The position numbers and the translations under genes are program-made. The notes under the pieces are model-generated. The model searched no databases, had not been told where the DNA came from, and was given only the letters and a program-made list of their open reading frames with translations. This document shows positions 63,019-64,000 of a stretch of DNA of 64,000 nucleotides, piece after piece (position 1 is the stretch's first letter; each line of letters starts with the position of its first letter). The stretch covers positions 124,001 through 188,000 of the forward strand of contig BDGG01000017.1 of the NCBI GenBank assembly GCA_001949185.1, written 5' to 3'. The DNA is from Ramazzottius varieornatus. Lineage: Eukaryota > Animalia > Tardigrada.

Positions 63019-63503
63019 CACGCACGACGAGATATTACGGGCCAGTAGAAATTACGGGCCAGGCGGAAAAGACGGCAAATTTACAATTTGTATGGAAGTC
63101 GGAAACAGAATTCGGATAAGTGACGTAACGTAGTAAACTTCAACCGTAGAAAATTGTCATGGACAGTGGTCGTCAGCTGATGAGCTGTNNNNNNNNNNNN
63201 NNNNNNNNNNNNNNNNNNNNNNNNNNNNNNNNNNNNNNGCACTACGCGAAGCAGTTCCAGTCTTCAAACTTCCGCGCAGCACCGTTCTACGTTATGTCGA
63301 AGATACCACACAATAAATATCAATTTGGCATGTTTTAGCTCCTCGGCCCAATGTCCAGCACGTACGTACAGCAGTGCAGCCTTCGATACTGGTTTTTACT
63401 TGCAGTAAGAATCACCTGCCCGTGCCGCCGTAACGAAAGGGCCTGGCCCGTAATTTTTACTGGCCCGTAATTTTTACTGGCCCGTAATATCTCGTCGTGC
63501 GTG
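63019..63503. mobile_element. TA-flanked TIR element spanning an assembly gap
   Basis: TA|cacgcacgacgagatattacgggccagta ... tactggcccgtaatatctcgtcgtgcgtg|TA, with 17-bp subterminal tandem repeats (ttacgggccagtaaaaa). True length unknown because of the Ns. Confidence 0.85.
63189..63238. other. Assembly gap (50 N)
   Basis: Run of n characters. Confidence 0.99.
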
Positions 63504-63552
63504 TACCAACAAAGCAAACTTTACAACCTACACTGCCAGACCAAACTGAATT

Positions 63553-63890
63553 AAGTACCCTGAATTTTATCCAGTCGGACTGGAGACCTTTGGACCGTGG
63601 GGACCTTCAGCAACGGAACTTTTTGAGACAGTTGGTAAAAAGATGCTTGAGATAACTGGCGAGGCTCGTTCTTTACAATTTTTTAAGCAGCGCGTGTCTA
63701 TTGACATTCGGCGTGGTGATTGTTTTTCTGTTACTTCAACTGTTAAAGATCAGAAAGGTCTTGATGAGGTGTTTTTGGTTTTGGATGTTAAAAAAGGAAA
63801 ATCTATACCGTAAGCTTTTGACGTGTTTTTCCTTGTTTAGATTTGTCTTTCTTCTTTTTGGAAACTGAATATTATCTTGAATAAAGTGTG
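63553..63890 (+). mobile_element. 3' end of a CRE-like non-LTR retrotransposon (C-terminal part of the restriction-like endonuclease region)
   Basis: FYPVGLETFGPWGPSATELFETVG..RSLQFFKQRVSIDIRRGD, stop at 63813, T-rich 3' UTR and AATAAA at about 63880. Confidence 0.75.
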
Positions 63891-64000
63891 GAATTGAGTA
63901 CCTACTCGGCTGCGGGTATCATTTGCTTGTAATTGACCACAGCATGTTCCAGGCGACCCAGTTCTACGTAGATTCTGGCCATCTTGGAGAAAAGAGGTCC

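Noticed and set aside
1-64000. tRNA, rRNA or snRNA genes
   Set aside because: No cloverleaf, A/B-box or conserved rRNA/snRNA sequence recognised by eye; a tRNAscan/Infernal run is needed to exclude them.

Overview
Eukaryotic, intron-containing, gene-dense invertebrate DNA. Short GT-AG introns and a compact layout are tardigrade-like, but the species cannot be confirmed from sequence. Spliced genes in order: capicua long form (5' end outside the window), a PPM1E/F-type PP2C phosphatase with a very long disordered tail, a secreted Spaetzle-like cystine-knot protein, CC2D1/lgd (-), a THAP-domain protein, AIMP2, dynactin p27/DCTN6 (-) and spatacsin/SPG11. A transposon-rich island at about 32-45 kb holds hAT and mariner-type non-autonomous elements, a LINE RT fragment, a Sola-like transposase relic and an internally deleted Ngaro/DIRS element. 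A CRE-like retroelement 3' end and an assembly gap lie near the right end. The most striking unexplained structure is two unrelated families of short palindromic units with the same geometry (about 12-bp arms, about 25-30-nt spacer): family A, CAAGTGGCGCAC..GTGCGCCACTTG, and family B, CACCTGCATAC..GTATGCAGGTG. They occupy most longer introns of the housekeeping genes, usually one family per intron, and are nearly absent from the transposon island. Exon boundaries were read by eye and may be off by a few bases.
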